Virus record (IMG/VR): IMGVR_UViG_3300013132_006127
DNA: 64,000 bases
Reading direction: 5' to 3' (one strand)
Origin: a virus
Part shown: piece after piece, positions 1-10,035 of the stretch
Numbering within the stretch: the stretch's first letter is position 1
Layout of the letters: each line of letters opens with the position of its first letter
Translations under genes and position numbers: made by a program
The notes under the pieces: model-generated
The model's input: the letters and a program-made list of their open reading frames with translations, nothing else
The model's database searches: none
What the model was told of the DNA's origin: nothing

Positions 1-907
1 TGATGTATCCGTTTGCGTCATTAACAAAAGAGACCGGTCCGGTATTTTCTACAACTATCGGAACATTACCAAATCTCATACCTTCTGCTAATGGTATACA
101 GAAAGCTTCTCCCTGAGAAGGACAAATAAAAATATCTGATACATTATGAAGATTTAGTAGCTCTTCTCTTGGTAGCCTTTTATTAAGAAATACTATGTTA
201 TGATTTAATGAACCGTGTTTTAAAGAATCAAAACGTTCTTTAAGAGTAGTATTTAATTGCTCTATATTAGCAGAGCTGGATGTTTTGATAAACAATACCG
301 TTTTATCACTGGACTTAAAAGCTAGTGAAAATGCTATCATAAGATCAATAATATTTTTTCTTGGAACAAATTCACCTATAAAATAGAACTTAACATAATT
401 AGCGTATTTATTCCTTGGTAATTCATGATTTTTCTGTATATAGTTATCTATCTCTTGAGTATCTATAGGCTCTAAAATATTTTGTATGTTTGTGATTACC
501 CCAGCTTTTTGCAGAGTTGTTTTTTCTACTGTGCTTGGTACCAGTATGTGGTTGAATTTATTTAATATGTGTTTGTTTTTTGTATGCTGTAAATTTTGTG
601 TTTCAAGTACTGTTATGGCTATATTATTTGTATTATTATTATACCATAAAGACTCTGGTAAACCCTTTTGAATAATTGTATCAAACTTGTCTATGTTTGC
701 GTTTTCAAAACTAGATAAATGAGATAATTCGTCTTTTTGTTTTGTTTTTAGCGATTCCCATACTTGTCCAGTAAAATAAACAGGGGCGATTTTTAGACTA
801 TATCCAAGCTTTTCTTTAGCATAAATTATACTTTGTAGATAATTATACGCTGCTTGTCCCCACCCGTCTTTTTGTCTATATGGAGCTATATAGAGTATAT
901 TCTTCAT
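1..907 (-). CDS. GT4-family (GT-B) glycosyltransferase, runs off the left window edge; not in ORF track
   Basis: Hand translation: ATG at 907 (ATGA overlap with the stop of 904..2598), MKNILYIAPYRQKDGWGQAAYNYL... FYFIGEFVPRKN... CPSQGEAFCIPLAEGM (GT4 E-x7-E motif). Confidence 0.85.
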   Translation of the reverse strand, partial: MKNILYIAPYRQKDGWGQAAYNYLQSIIYAKEKLGYSLKIAPVYFTGQVWESLKTKQKDELSHLSSFENANIDKFDTIIQKGLPESLWYNNNTNNIAITVLETQNLQHTKNKHILNKFNHILVPSTVEKTTLQKAGVITNIQNILEPIDTQEIDNYIQKNHELPRNKYANYVKFYFIGEFVPRKNIIDLMIAFSLAFKSSDKTVLFIKTSSSANIEQLNTTLKERFDSLKHGSLNHNIVFLNKRLPREELLNLHNVSDIFICPSQGEAFCIPLAEGMRFGNVPIVVENTGPVSFVNDANGYI

Positions 908-2598
908 TTTTTGTTATTAATTTGGATTAACTTTTGTTTTTTATTGAGTCTAGAGTGGGCATAAACTAAATAATCTTCTGTATTGGCTTTAACAGATTCG
1001 TTCATTAACTGATAGCCAACATTATTGGCTTTAATATAATCATTCAGAAGACTAATGTAGTTATTGATATTATAAGGCTTTATTTCTCCTCCGTCAACAA
1101 CAAAACCATAATCAATATGCTTCAACATATATAAATTTAAATGATCATAAAAACCGGAAGGGTTTCTTAAGTTGTTATCAAAAATATATGATAATAGCTC
1201 ATAATTATTATTGAATTTTGGTAAATTGTCTTTATCTATTGGTTTCATAATATGAAGTTTATGATTCCACGTTTTTTTATTTGGCTGTGCTAAGATATGA
1301 TCAAATACTGTTTCCCATTTTTTAGCAACAATATCCCAATTGTAAAATTCCTCAACCAATCTTCTTGTTTCAAACCCTCTTTTTTGTCTTACTGGAGTTG
1401 GTAGAACTAGAAACTGTTGTAGTATTTGAATTAAATGATTATTGTCTGGATATGCTCTATATGCTTCTGTTTCCATTTCCTTGAAGTATCTTTCAACTCT
1501 AATCGGATAGCCATTTAATTTTCTTACAATGTCTGACATGGCACTATAATCTACAGAAGCTACCGGCACTCCGCAGGCAGCAGCTTCGACTTGAGGCATA
1601 CCAAAACCCTCACAAATAGCATACTGTACATAAATATCGAAAGTATTATATATAACAGATAATTGATCGTTAGATACGCCATTATTGGAAGAAGGAAATC
1701 TACAAGCTTCGGCTTTGCAAAATGGACAATGTTTAATAGCATGAGTAAATGTGGATGCGTGTGTTCTATCGCAAGATTTACAGTGATATGTAAACAATAC
1801 CTTATTTGATATAGAATTTTCTTTTAGTAATGCTGGTATATCCCAGCCCATATCAGGATAGGATGTGTGCAAATATAGATATAAATTTTCTCCTATATCA
1901 TTTTCTTCTGTCTGATATCTATTAAGCAGATCTCTGAATGCTTTGAATAAGTCTGGTAGTAGTTTTCTTTTTTGGTTTCTCATTACAGAACCCACTAGAG
2001 TAAAAGATTCTGGTATCCCTAGCGACTCCTTACATTTGGTTTTATTTAGAGGTCTAAAAACATCCAGATCTACTCCTGGAGAAGCTTCTCCAACATAATT
2101 AATATGAGTATTGGATTGATCTTTTAAGACAGTACCAGCCCACTCAGAATAGCCAAGAACAGCATCGGCTTGACCATATATATCGATCCATCCTTCTTGT
2201 TGAGGAGCAGAATCAACAGTTGGCATTACAACCCAATTATAGCAGGGCCTGAATATGGACTTTGATTGATAAGAATTCATCCAGAAATCTCTAATATCAA
2301 AAACTATATCTGGTTTAAAATCAAATACAACCCTGTCGAACCTCCACTTTCCGAATACATTATCAGCAGCCGATGCGTATTCCTTATATCTTTTGTCAGA
2401 AGGTGTTACTGCATTTGGATAGAATAACCATGGCACCGAGGACTCTCTTTCGTCACCCATCATTCCATAAGATGCGAATTCTGCTATCTCGTATTTATTG
2501 GTCTTATACAGTCTCGATAGCACCTCTTTACTATAAGTACTGTATCCTGTTTGAAGATAAGAAGCCTCAGAGCACATCAGGATTTTGGGTTTATTCAT
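904..2598 (-). CDS. GT4-family glycosyltransferase with inserted Cys-rich (Zn-ribbon-like) segment
   Basis: RNQKRK and EGFGMPQVEAAACG GT4 motifs; CKSC...CPFCKAEAC insert. Confidence 0.85.
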   Translation of the reverse strand: MNKPKILMCSEASYLQTGYSTYSKEVLSRLYKTNKYEIAEFASYGMMGDERESSVPWLFYPNAVTPSDKRYKEYASAADNVFGKWRFDRVVFDFKPDIVFDIRDFWMNSYQSKSIFRPCYNWVVMPTVDSAPQQEGWIDIYGQADAVLGYSEWAGTVLKDQSNTHINYVGEASPGVDLDVFRPLNKTKCKESLGIPESFTLVGSVMRNQKRKLLPDLFKAFRDLLNRYQTEENDIGENLYLYLHTSYPDMGWDIPALLKENSISNKVLFTYHCKSCDRTHASTFTHAIKHCPFCKAEACRFPSSNNGVSNDQLSVIYNTFDIYVQYAICEGFGMPQVEAAACGVPVASVDYSAMSDIVRKLNGYPIRVERYFKEMETEAYRAYPDNNHLIQILQQFLVLPTPVRQKRGFETRRLVEEFYNWDIVAKKWETVFDHILAQPNKKTWNHKLHIMKPIDKDNLPKFNNNYELLSYIFDNNLRNPSGFYDHLNLYMLKHIDYGFVVDGGEIKPYNINNYISLLNDYIKANNVGYQLMNESVKANTEDYLVYAHSRLNKKQKLIQINNKK

Positions 2599-2618
2599 AA
2601 TTGTACCTTTAGGATACT

Positions 2619-2644
2619 AAAAAGGCTGCATGGTTAGTGCAGCC
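2619..2644 (-). terminator. Rho-independent terminator after ssb
   Basis: Minus strand GGCTGCA-ctaacca-TGCAGCC followed by TTTTT. Confidence 0.8.
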
Positions 2645-2673
2645 ATCTTAGCATTCGGACTACTATTCCTTGA

Positions 2674-3048
2674 TCAGAAGGCCACAGATTCGGTGGATGC
2701 GTTCTGAGTGGTCTTGTTAACCTTAGCAATCTTAGAAAAATTATTAACTCTAACCTTAAGAGTGCTATGCTTAACCCCGTCCTTTTCCCACGAGTCATTT
2801 CTAATAGAACCCTCGACAAATACCAAATCGCCCTTCTTGAAAGAAGAAGCGATAAGCTGGGCTCCACTATCCCATGCTTCGCAGTTGATGAAAGACGTAA
2901 TCTTATCCTTCGTTCCATCAGACTTTACAAAGTCACGAGATACAGCCACGGTAAAATTAACTACCGATGTCTCCCTGTCTGTTCCGCCATTGATAGTTCT
3001 TAACTCTGGATCCCTAGCTAGATTGCCGCGTAAAATCACAATATTCAT
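2674..3048 (-). CDS. ssb: Single-stranded DNA-binding protein
   Basis: GNLARDPELR, FTVAV, KKGDLVFVEG OB-fold motifs; GGAGA RBS upstream. Confidence 0.95.
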   Translation of the reverse strand: MNIVILRGNLARDPELRTINGGTDRETSVVNFTVAVSRDFVKSDGTKDKITSFINCEAWDSGAQLIASSFKKGDLVFVEGSIRNDSWEKDGVKHSTLKVRVNNFSKIAKVNKTTQNASTESVAF

Positions 3049-3093
3049 TTAAAATCTCCTTGAAGTAGTAAACCAAAACCAAACCGCTGTCTT

Positions 3094-3121
3094 ATAGTAT
3101 GCGACGGGCCGAGAATGTCAA
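3094..3121 (-). promoter_or_regulatory. Sigma70-like promoter for ssb
   Basis: TTGACA-N16-TACTAT(AAGA) on the minus strand. Confidence 0.7.
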
Positions 3122-4668
3122 GAACTCGGCATCACGCATCTTTCTATGATAAAACTGTTATCGCTCTTACTGGATTTTGTACCAGAAAAAACCAAAACAG
3201 CTTCGTCTGTGAGAAAATTTTTATATTTTTGATATTGTTCAGGGAATAATACTGCCGACTTTATTGTTCCTGTACTATCCCCTAGTTCTAAAAAAGCCAT
3301 ATCCATTCCTGGATTCTGTCCCTTTTTGGTTTTTATAACACTAATTCTCTGTATTTCTGCTATAACTGATAGCTTTTTCTTTGCTATCTGATGTTTATAT
3401 TCTTGACAGGATATTGTATTGATTTCGCTATAATAAGCATCAGATTTATTACAAGTTATAGATACTCCAAATAGATATGTTTCGTTCTCTGCAATCCATT
3501 GTAGATTATCCATTAATGAATATGGAGGATTTTTTAAATTATTAATATGGTTATGAAAGATTTCTTTTCTATTTTTTGTTAGTTTATAGTTAAGATAGAC
3601 ATGCTCCATAATACCTAAAAAAGTGTTAAATTTATTCAGGTCTAGCGTATGGATGTACTCTTTCTCTTTCTTAGTCAAATTACTTAGAACATCTAAGCAA
3701 AAACATAATTCCTTTCTAGACTTTTTATATATGTTTAATGCCCCAGATGTCACGATAGCTTTTGCTGCATTAATATTTATATTGGAAAGTATCAATATCA
3801 ATAATTTCCAAACATTGTCTTTCTTATAATTAAAATTATTTTCATTTATTAAAAGGATTAACTTGTCATATACCGATTCGCCAACACCCTTAATATTTGT
3901 GAAACCAAAAACTATTGTGTCTTCAAATAATTCAAATTCTTTATTTAGTTTAACAATCGATGGACCTGAAACATTTATGCCCATCTCTATAGCATTGTTA
4001 ACAAGTTCTTTTACTTCTTCTTGTGGATTGATTTTATCCTTAGAGAATCTAAGATAAGATGTAAAAAAAACTAATGGATTATGAGCTTTATAATAAGCCG
4101 ATAAATAACCATTGATAGCATAACTTACAGCATGTGATTTATTAAATGAGTATCTCTGTGATTTTTCAATCCAGCTAAAAATTTGTTCGGCTTCTGATTC
4201 TTTAACCATACCTAGTTTTTTGGCTCCTAATAAAAACTTACCTTTAACTTTTGCCATAAGCTGGGTGTTTTTCTTTCCGATACTTTTTCTTAGTTCGTCG
4301 GCTTCTTGTAGGTTAAAGCCTGCTATTTTTTGTGCTATTTGCATTGCCTGCTCTTGATAAACCATTTCTCCATATGTACTCTCTAATATAGATTCTAGAG
4401 ATGTATGAAAATAATCAATAGATTCCTGTCCGTTTTTCTTATCTATAAAATGCTGACTCACTGTTTTACCATCTCTGACAGCTTCCAAGCATCCCGGCCT
4501 CATAATAGAGATCAAAGCCGCCAACTCTTCTATATTAGAAGGTTTAAGTTTCTTAGACATAGATTGACCAAGCCTAGATTCTAATTGGAAACATCCTTTT
4601 GTGTTACCTTCGGATAAAAGAGCCCAGGTTTTTGGACAATTAGTATCTATACTATCTAGCTTCAGCAT
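3118..4668 (-). CDS. dnaE: DNA polymerase III alpha-like (DnaE), C-terminal subunit (fingers, HhH, OB)
   Basis: GCFQLES, ISIMRPG, YQEQAMQIA, YSFNKSHAVSY, IKGVG motifs; starts at the palm/fingers boundary; no intein motifs. Confidence 0.9.
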   Translation of the reverse strand: MLKLDSIDTNCPKTWALLSEGNTKGCFQLESRLGQSMSKKLKPSNIEELAALISIMRPGCLEAVRDGKTVSQHFIDKKNGQESIDYFHTSLESILESTYGEMVYQEQAMQIAQKIAGFNLQEADELRKSIGKKNTQLMAKVKGKFLLGAKKLGMVKESEAEQIFSWIEKSQRYSFNKSHAVSYAINGYLSAYYKAHNPLVFFTSYLRFSKDKINPQEEVKELVNNAIEMGINVSGPSIVKLNKEFELFEDTIVFGFTNIKGVGESVYDKLILLINENNFNYKKDNVWKLLILILSNININAAKAIVTSGALNIYKKSRKELCFCLDVLSNLTKKEKEYIHTLDLNKFNTFLGIMEHVYLNYKLTKNRKEIFHNHINNLKNPPYSLMDNLQWIAENETYLFGVSITCNKSDAYYSEINTISCQEYKHQIAKKKLSVIAEIQRISVIKTKKGQNPGMDMAFLELGDSTGTIKSAVLFPEQYQKYKNFLTDEAVLVFSGTKSSKSDNSFIIERCVMPSS

Positions 4669-5356
4669 AATTTAAAAAAGCGTCCTTAAACTTAACTTTT
4701 TGAGATAAATTCCTATGTAATTTTAAAAATCGACATAATATTCCAGCACAATCTTTAACATCTTTTAGGGCATCGTGAGCCCCATCTTTTGAAATACCCA
4801 AATAATCCCTCATATTATCTAAACTTAGACTTTTGACCTCTGAGATATTTTCAAACCAATAAAATACTAAATTCATAATATCCAAAACGTCTCTAGGATA
4901 AAAAATAGAAGACGTATTTTCTTTATTGACATAACCGAATTGCTTACTATATCTATCCACAATTTTAAGATCGAACCTATGTATATTATACCCGGCTGCT
5001 ATAGGTGCTGTAAATTGGCTTTTTTTACCACTATTACTATAGTGATACATCAATAGGTAACTGTTGAATGCTTGCCAAGCCTGTTGCTGGGATACACTAT
5101 TTTTCCATGAGTTAAGTATTTCCTCAGAAGAACATCCTCTGACCCTAGAATGAAAATCTAATATATCGCTGGAGCTATAATCATGATCAGGGTCTTTTTC
5201 TAATAGATCGGGTTTAACTGATATGTTAAATTCAGAATCCTTTACCACCTCTAATGTATAGGGATCAATAATAATAGCAGCTATCTGTACAGGACTACAA
5301 ACAGTGGGATCCGAACCATCTGTTTCAAAATCAAAAACGCAAATTTTATTTTTCAT
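4652..5356 (-). CDS. DEDDh 3'-5' exonuclease (DnaQ/epsilon-like)
   Basis: VFDFETDG, AGYNIHRFD, AHDALKD exo I/II/III motifs. Confidence 0.88.
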   Translation of the reverse strand: MKNKICVFDFETDGSDPTVCSPVQIAAIIIDPYTLEVVKDSEFNISVKPDLLEKDPDHDYSSSDILDFHSRVRGCSSEEILNSWKNSVSQQQAWQAFNSYLLMYHYSNSGKKSQFTAPIAAGYNIHRFDLKIVDRYSKQFGYVNKENTSSIFYPRDVLDIMNLVFYWFENISEVKSLSLDNMRDYLGISKDGAHDALKDVKDCAGILCRFLKLHRNLSQKVKFKDAFLNYAEAR

Positions 5357-7944
5357 GTTACTAATGGAGCTGGTACGCTCTGTAGTTTCTCCGTAATAGA
5401 GGCTATAGAATTAAAATATATGAATGGCATAGCTTGGTAGGAAGCGTCTTTACCAAATAAAAGATTACCCATAAGATAGTTATTTAAAAATGGATTCCTC
5501 AATTGTACAATTGTTCTATATTCGGATGGGTCATAGGATGCTTCGATAATGTCAACAGTTGTGGAATGTTCTTGATATGCGTCTTTAGCGATAATAACAC
5601 CCCCAAGTGGAGTAAAAGTTTTTACATCATTTCCGGCTTTCGTTTTAGAAGAATCACCAGACCAAGTTTCGTATCTCAATATTGTTTTTCCTGGTTTAAA
5701 ATTTTCTATATAATTCCCGAAAATAATTAATTTTGATCTATCAGCCCTATCTGTCCAACAAGAAGCACCGAGATAAGGTAAGTTAATACTTCCTTCAAAA
5801 AAGAAACAAGTTATAACTCTTCCTGTATTACAAGTTTTTTGCAAAGTGCCGTAGTTATAAAATTGATCTCTATTACTAGTGTCTATACCTGTTTGTACAA
5901 CATCCTCCGCCAGCTCATTGATAACTGGCTGATCCTTTAGTTTATTATAGAACAAGGAGCTGAGTCTGGCAAATGCTGTTTTTTCGTCAGTTTTATAAGG
6001 ATAAGTTGCATTTTTTACCAGCGTCCACATTTGATCCAATGTAACCTTACTAATTCCAAAATAATCGTGAACCTCTCTTGCTGGTGTGTCTTCGTCTAAT
6101 AAAATTTCTATCAAAGACCTAGTGACATCACCAATATAAAAGACTTGAATTTTTGGAGGTGATGCCGCTATACCTGTGTATGTTGGGTCCGGTACTAGAG
6201 TATAAAACATCATAGGATCTCCAGCAGTGTCTTCAATAACAGTATTAATATTGCCATTATATTTAGTAGAAATTCTTTTGGTAGGATCCATAAAAGCTTG
6301 TTTAAAAGAACTACCAGTAAGTTCCATTGAGTATCTAACCAGATACGGACTATTAACAATATATTTAGCAGATATTATCTGGCCCGTTTCATCTATGGGA
6401 AGATCTATAATATGTGTTAGCAGTTCTTTGGTATACAAAGAATCGTCTTGTTCCAAATCCCTAATATATTTGGGTTCTCCGTCATATGGGGCTCCTAGTA
6501 TTCCTTGATGTTTTTTGTTATCGTCATAATAAATCTCAGCAGGATTATCACTATCAAAATCTGTTAGCTTGCCTGTTTTGGATCTATAAACCGGTATACC
6601 ATAGCCGTATCTTGTACTAAAAGTAAATCTCATAGGCTTATTTGTAATAGGATTTTTTTTATATAGATACGGATACTGAGTAGAAGACCACTGAGTATTT
6701 CTACTAGTACCACCGAAAGGAGTAGAATACACTTTACGATTGTTCATATCTTGATCTGTATTAAAATATGTATCTTTTAAAGAACTAAGAGCCATATCAT
6801 TTCCTAGAGTATAACTAGATAACTTTACCTCGTAACCAGATTTTTGCAATAAATAAGGAGGTAAATCAAATTCATTATATGGCTCAAAAATTTCTTTAGC
6901 TGATATTTTTTCTACTAGTGTTTGTTCATTTAATGGTTCGTTTAAATCATCAGAGAAATATAAACTATCATATAGTATCATATCTAATGTGTTTATAGAG
7001 TTAGTCATCATAAACATAGCATTCATTGTCCACGGATCGATGCCTTTATACTTGGATAAACTAGCATGACGAGAAATTGCAGATTTGAAAATAAAATCTG
7101 TACCATATTTTTCACGAACAGATAAGAGTGGTTTGCCAAACTCTTCTCTAGCTTCAGGATCTAACATATCAAAAACACTAATTTGACTCTCTAATATAAA
7201 AATATTTGGAGGAACATTACTTACTAATTCTCTATACATTCTATGTAGACATAATGCATTAACAGGACAACATCCTCTTCCTTTAGAAAAAGTTCTTACC
7301 TTTTTATACAAAGCCCTATCCCTATTGCCTGGATCGTATAATGTAAATATATCTCCTAATTTAAGAGATTCATATCTCACGTATGTTTTTGAAAAAAGTT
7401 CTCCAGACCAGTCCGAGTATTTATATCCGCCCTGACCATTTAAACCAACTATAGTTTTGGGGCCGGTATCTATAGTAACCCAGCTGTTAACACCGTTTGA
7501 TGGTATTAGAGGGGTTATCTCTCTGTACTGGCCTACAAAATCAGAATCAAAGTTTTCAAATTCTCCAAAACCATAACCCTTTTCCAAGTATTGATAGAAG
7601 AGAGTGAAATAATGACCAGTAATTAATTCTATTTTTTTAGTTATATTTTCTAATTGAGGGATATTTATTTTTATAGGTTTATTAGAAAATTCTACATTAA
7701 TATCTTGTGCTAATTGACCAAATCTATTATCTCCCCAAACCCATAGAGAATTATCCTGTTTTAACCCAACAGAATGAAAGCGACCCACAGCATAATTTAT
7801 CCACGATATGTTGTCGCTGGGTGTGTCTGTTAATACTATGGATTTCTCCATAACTCTTCTATTGTGGCCTAACCCCAGTTGGCCAAAAGAATTATCTCCA
7901 TACGCATATAACTTACCGTCTAATATCTCTAAAGTATGAGGCAT
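5353..7944 (-). CDS. Large hypothetical protein with about two N-terminal RCC1 repeats
   Basis: LYAYGDNSFGQLGLG, AVGRFHS, LWVWGDNRFGQL; remainder unrecognised. Confidence 0.65.
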   Translation of the reverse strand: MPHTLEILDGKLYAYGDNSFGQLGLGHNRRVMEKSIVLTDTPSDNISWINYAVGRFHSVGLKQDNSLWVWGDNRFGQLAQDINVEFSNKPIKINIPQLENITKKIELITGHYFTLFYQYLEKGYGFGEFENFDSDFVGQYREITPLIPSNGVNSWVTIDTGPKTIVGLNGQGGYKYSDWSGELFSKTYVRYESLKLGDIFTLYDPGNRDRALYKKVRTFSKGRGCCPVNALCLHRMYRELVSNVPPNIFILESQISVFDMLDPEAREEFGKPLLSVREKYGTDFIFKSAISRHASLSKYKGIDPWTMNAMFMMTNSINTLDMILYDSLYFSDDLNEPLNEQTLVEKISAKEIFEPYNEFDLPPYLLQKSGYEVKLSSYTLGNDMALSSLKDTYFNTDQDMNNRKVYSTPFGGTSRNTQWSSTQYPYLYKKNPITNKPMRFTFSTRYGYGIPVYRSKTGKLTDFDSDNPAEIYYDDNKKHQGILGAPYDGEPKYIRDLEQDDSLYTKELLTHIIDLPIDETGQIISAKYIVNSPYLVRYSMELTGSSFKQAFMDPTKRISTKYNGNINTVIEDTAGDPMMFYTLVPDPTYTGIAASPPKIQVFYIGDVTRSLIEILLDEDTPAREVHDYFGISKVTLDQMWTLVKNATYPYKTDEKTAFARLSSLFYNKLKDQPVINELAEDVVQTGIDTSNRDQFYNYGTLQKTCNTGRVITCFFFEGSINLPYLGASCWTDRADRSKLIIFGNYIENFKPGKTILRYETWSGDSSKTKAGNDVKTFTPLGGVIIAKDAYQEHSTTVDIIEASYDPSEYRTIVQLRNPFLNNYLMGNLLFGKDASYQAMPFIYFNSIASITEKLQSVPAPLVT

Positions 7945-7972
7945 TCCTAAAACTAATTCCTATTAACTATAA

Positions 7973-8152
7973 TTAATTTACTTGAACAGATGCGTCATCG
8001 GGTATGTAAATTCTTTCTGAACTCTGAGTATTCACAGCATTAACAGTTTTGCAGCATGACACTCTTACCGTTTCTGTTTTTACACAATTAACACCGTTAT
8101 ATACAAAAGCGGAATTAACGGCTAATGAACCAAATGTTACGCTGTTTGACAT
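7973..8152 (-). CDS. Small 59-aa protein, below the ORF-track cutoff
   Basis: Hand translation MSNSVTFGSLAVNSAFVYNGVNCVKTETVRVSCCKTVNAVNTQSSERIYIPDDASVQVN; AGGAG RBS upstream; fills the gap. Confidence 0.7.
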   Translation of the reverse strand: MSNSVTFGSLAVNSAFVYNGVNCVKTETVRVSCCKTVNAVNTQSSERIYIPDDASVQVN

Positions 8153-10035
8153 TGACTATTCTCCTTTAATAAAGACTGTATATACATAATTTTATCTAGC
8201 ATACCTATGCCTAAAATATCAAACTTAACAATACCTAAAGACTCTAAATCTTGCATTTCCATACCGGCTATCGTGTTACCTGTTTTAGTATCATACACCA
8301 TTGGGCATATCTCACTAAGACTAGAAGCAGATATAGCTATTCCTGCGGCATGTTTGGATTGAGTACATTTGATACCTTCTAATCTCATAGCTTGTTCAAA
8401 TCTTTTAGCAAATGGTCCTGTGCATGTACCGTCTTCTTGTAATTCGCACCAATCTCTGAATTTTTCTGGGGAGTTTTCTAAAGCCCATCTTATAATTGAT
8501 GCTTCTCCGGTGTCTTCTTTCATTTCTTGAAGATCATCGGCAATCTTAGATTCTTCTGGTATATTTTTAGTAATTTGATTCATTTCATCGAATGTTATAT
8601 TGTTGTATACTCTCAATACTTCTTTTAGAGCCCCTCTTCCCTTTAGAGTATTAAAAGTAATCATTTGTGATACGTTTTGAGCACCATACTTGTCTTTAAT
8701 ATATTGAATAATTTGATCTCTATAAGTCATAGGAACGTCAATATCTATATCTGGCATGGAAATTCTATCTGATGTATTTCTACCAGCATTATAAAATCTT
8801 TCGAATAGTAGATTATATTTAATCGGATCTACAGATGTGATACCTATCAGGTATGAAACTAAACACCCAGCGGCGCTACCTCTACCTGGGCCGGGTAATA
8901 AATTTTGAGATCTAACATAGTTCACAATATCTTGAACAATTAAGAAATAGCCAGACAAACCCGCTCCCTGTAAAACGCCTAGTTCTTCTTTGATTCTTTC
9001 TACATATATATCTTGTTGTTCTTTAGATAGATTGTTCATTCCCCTATCCAACCAACCCTGTCTACATAGCTGTCTTAATCTTTCATCTTCTTGGTCTATA
9101 AATTTTGGTAGCTGTGGTTTCTTTAAAATATCATAATTTTCACATAGACTATCAACATATAGAGTGTTCTCTATTTCTTCCTCGGTGTGCAATGCGTTCA
9201 TTTCATCGGGAGACAATATATAAAAATTATCCGATCTAAAAAAGCATCCTAAAGGCACACTTTCATTATTCAGGATTTTTTTATTAATTTCCGGTATAGT
9301 AGTTTTTAAAGTATTGCATAATAATACTCTTTGATCTATAGCATCTTCTTTTTCAGCATAGTGGGCGTCGTTGGTAGCGATAACCTTAAGGTTATGTTTC
9401 TTACCCAAATCTCTTATTATTTCTGTTAATTTTATTTGATTGGTATAATATTCTTTATCCATTAACTGTGCCTCTAGAAAGATATTATTGGCACCAAATA
9501 AATTTTTTAATTGACTAATAATTCTGTTTGTTTTATTGATATAGTCAGGATCTAGTGACCCTGTTTCTGGATTATCCATAATAGCATCGGCTAAATTTGA
9601 TCCAGCATGACCCGTTATACATAGTAGCCCGTCTAATGACAGATTTGAAAACTCATCTAATGAAAGTCTGGGCTTGTAATAGTAGTTGTCTTCAAAGTTA
9701 GAAGTAGACACTAGTTTAATCAGATTGTGCCAACCTGTTAAATTTTTCGCTAATACCAGCATATGAGATAAATCAGCATTATTTTTAGTTTTATTCTTAG
9801 ATGTTTGCTTGGATATATACATTTCACATCCCAAAATTGGTTTAATCCCGGCTGATCTCATTTCTTTGTAAAAAGAAACAGCTCCTGATATAGAACCATG
9901 ATCAGTTAATGCACAGGATGTTATTCCATTAGATTTGCACCTTTCCGCTATTTGATTAGGTTTACTGATGCCGTCTAATAAACTATAATGTGAGTGAGCG
10001 TGTAGAGGTACATAAATTTTAGAAGACATATTCAA
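8137..10035 (-). CDS. dnaE: DNA polymerase III alpha-like (DnaE), N-terminal subunit (PHP, palm, thumb)
   Basis: HAHSHYSLLDG, TDHG, NDAHY (PHP); GPGRGSAAG, FERF, MPDIDID, HAAG, KFDILG (all three catalytic Asp). Confidence 0.93.
   Translation of the reverse strand: MNMSSKIYVPLHAHSHYSLLDGISKPNQIAERCKSNGITSCALTDHGSISGAVSFYKEMRSAGIKPILGCEMYISKQTSKNKTKNNADLSHMLVLAKNLTGWHNLIKLVSTSNFEDNYYYKPRLSLDEFSNLSLDGLLCITGHAGSNLADAIMDNPETGSLDPDYINKTNRIISQLKNLFGANNIFLEAQLMDKEYYTNQIKLTEIIRDLGKKHNLKVIATNDAHYAEKEDAIDQRVLLCNTLKTTIPEINKKILNNESVPLGCFFRSDNFYILSPDEMNALHTEEEIENTLYVDSLCENYDILKKPQLPKFIDQEDERLRQLCRQGWLDRGMNNLSKEQQDIYVERIKEELGVLQGAGLSGYFLIVQDIVNYVRSQNLLPGPGRGSAAGCLVSYLIGITSVDPIKYNLLFERFYNAGRNTSDRISMPDIDIDVPMTYRDQIIQYIKDKYGAQNVSQMITFNTLKGRGALKEVLRVYNNITFDEMNQITKNIPEESKIADDLQEMKEDTGEASIIRWALENSPEKFRDWCELQEDGTCTGPFAKRFEQAMRLEGIKCTQSKHAAGIAISASSLSEICPMVYDTKTGNTIAGMEMQDLESLGIVKFDILGIGMLDKIMYIQSLLKENSQCQTA

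Noticed and set aside
3118-10035. Split intein or group I intron joining the DnaE halves
   Set aside because: No Hint motifs at either end, and the intervening DNA is fully occupied by ordinary ORFs
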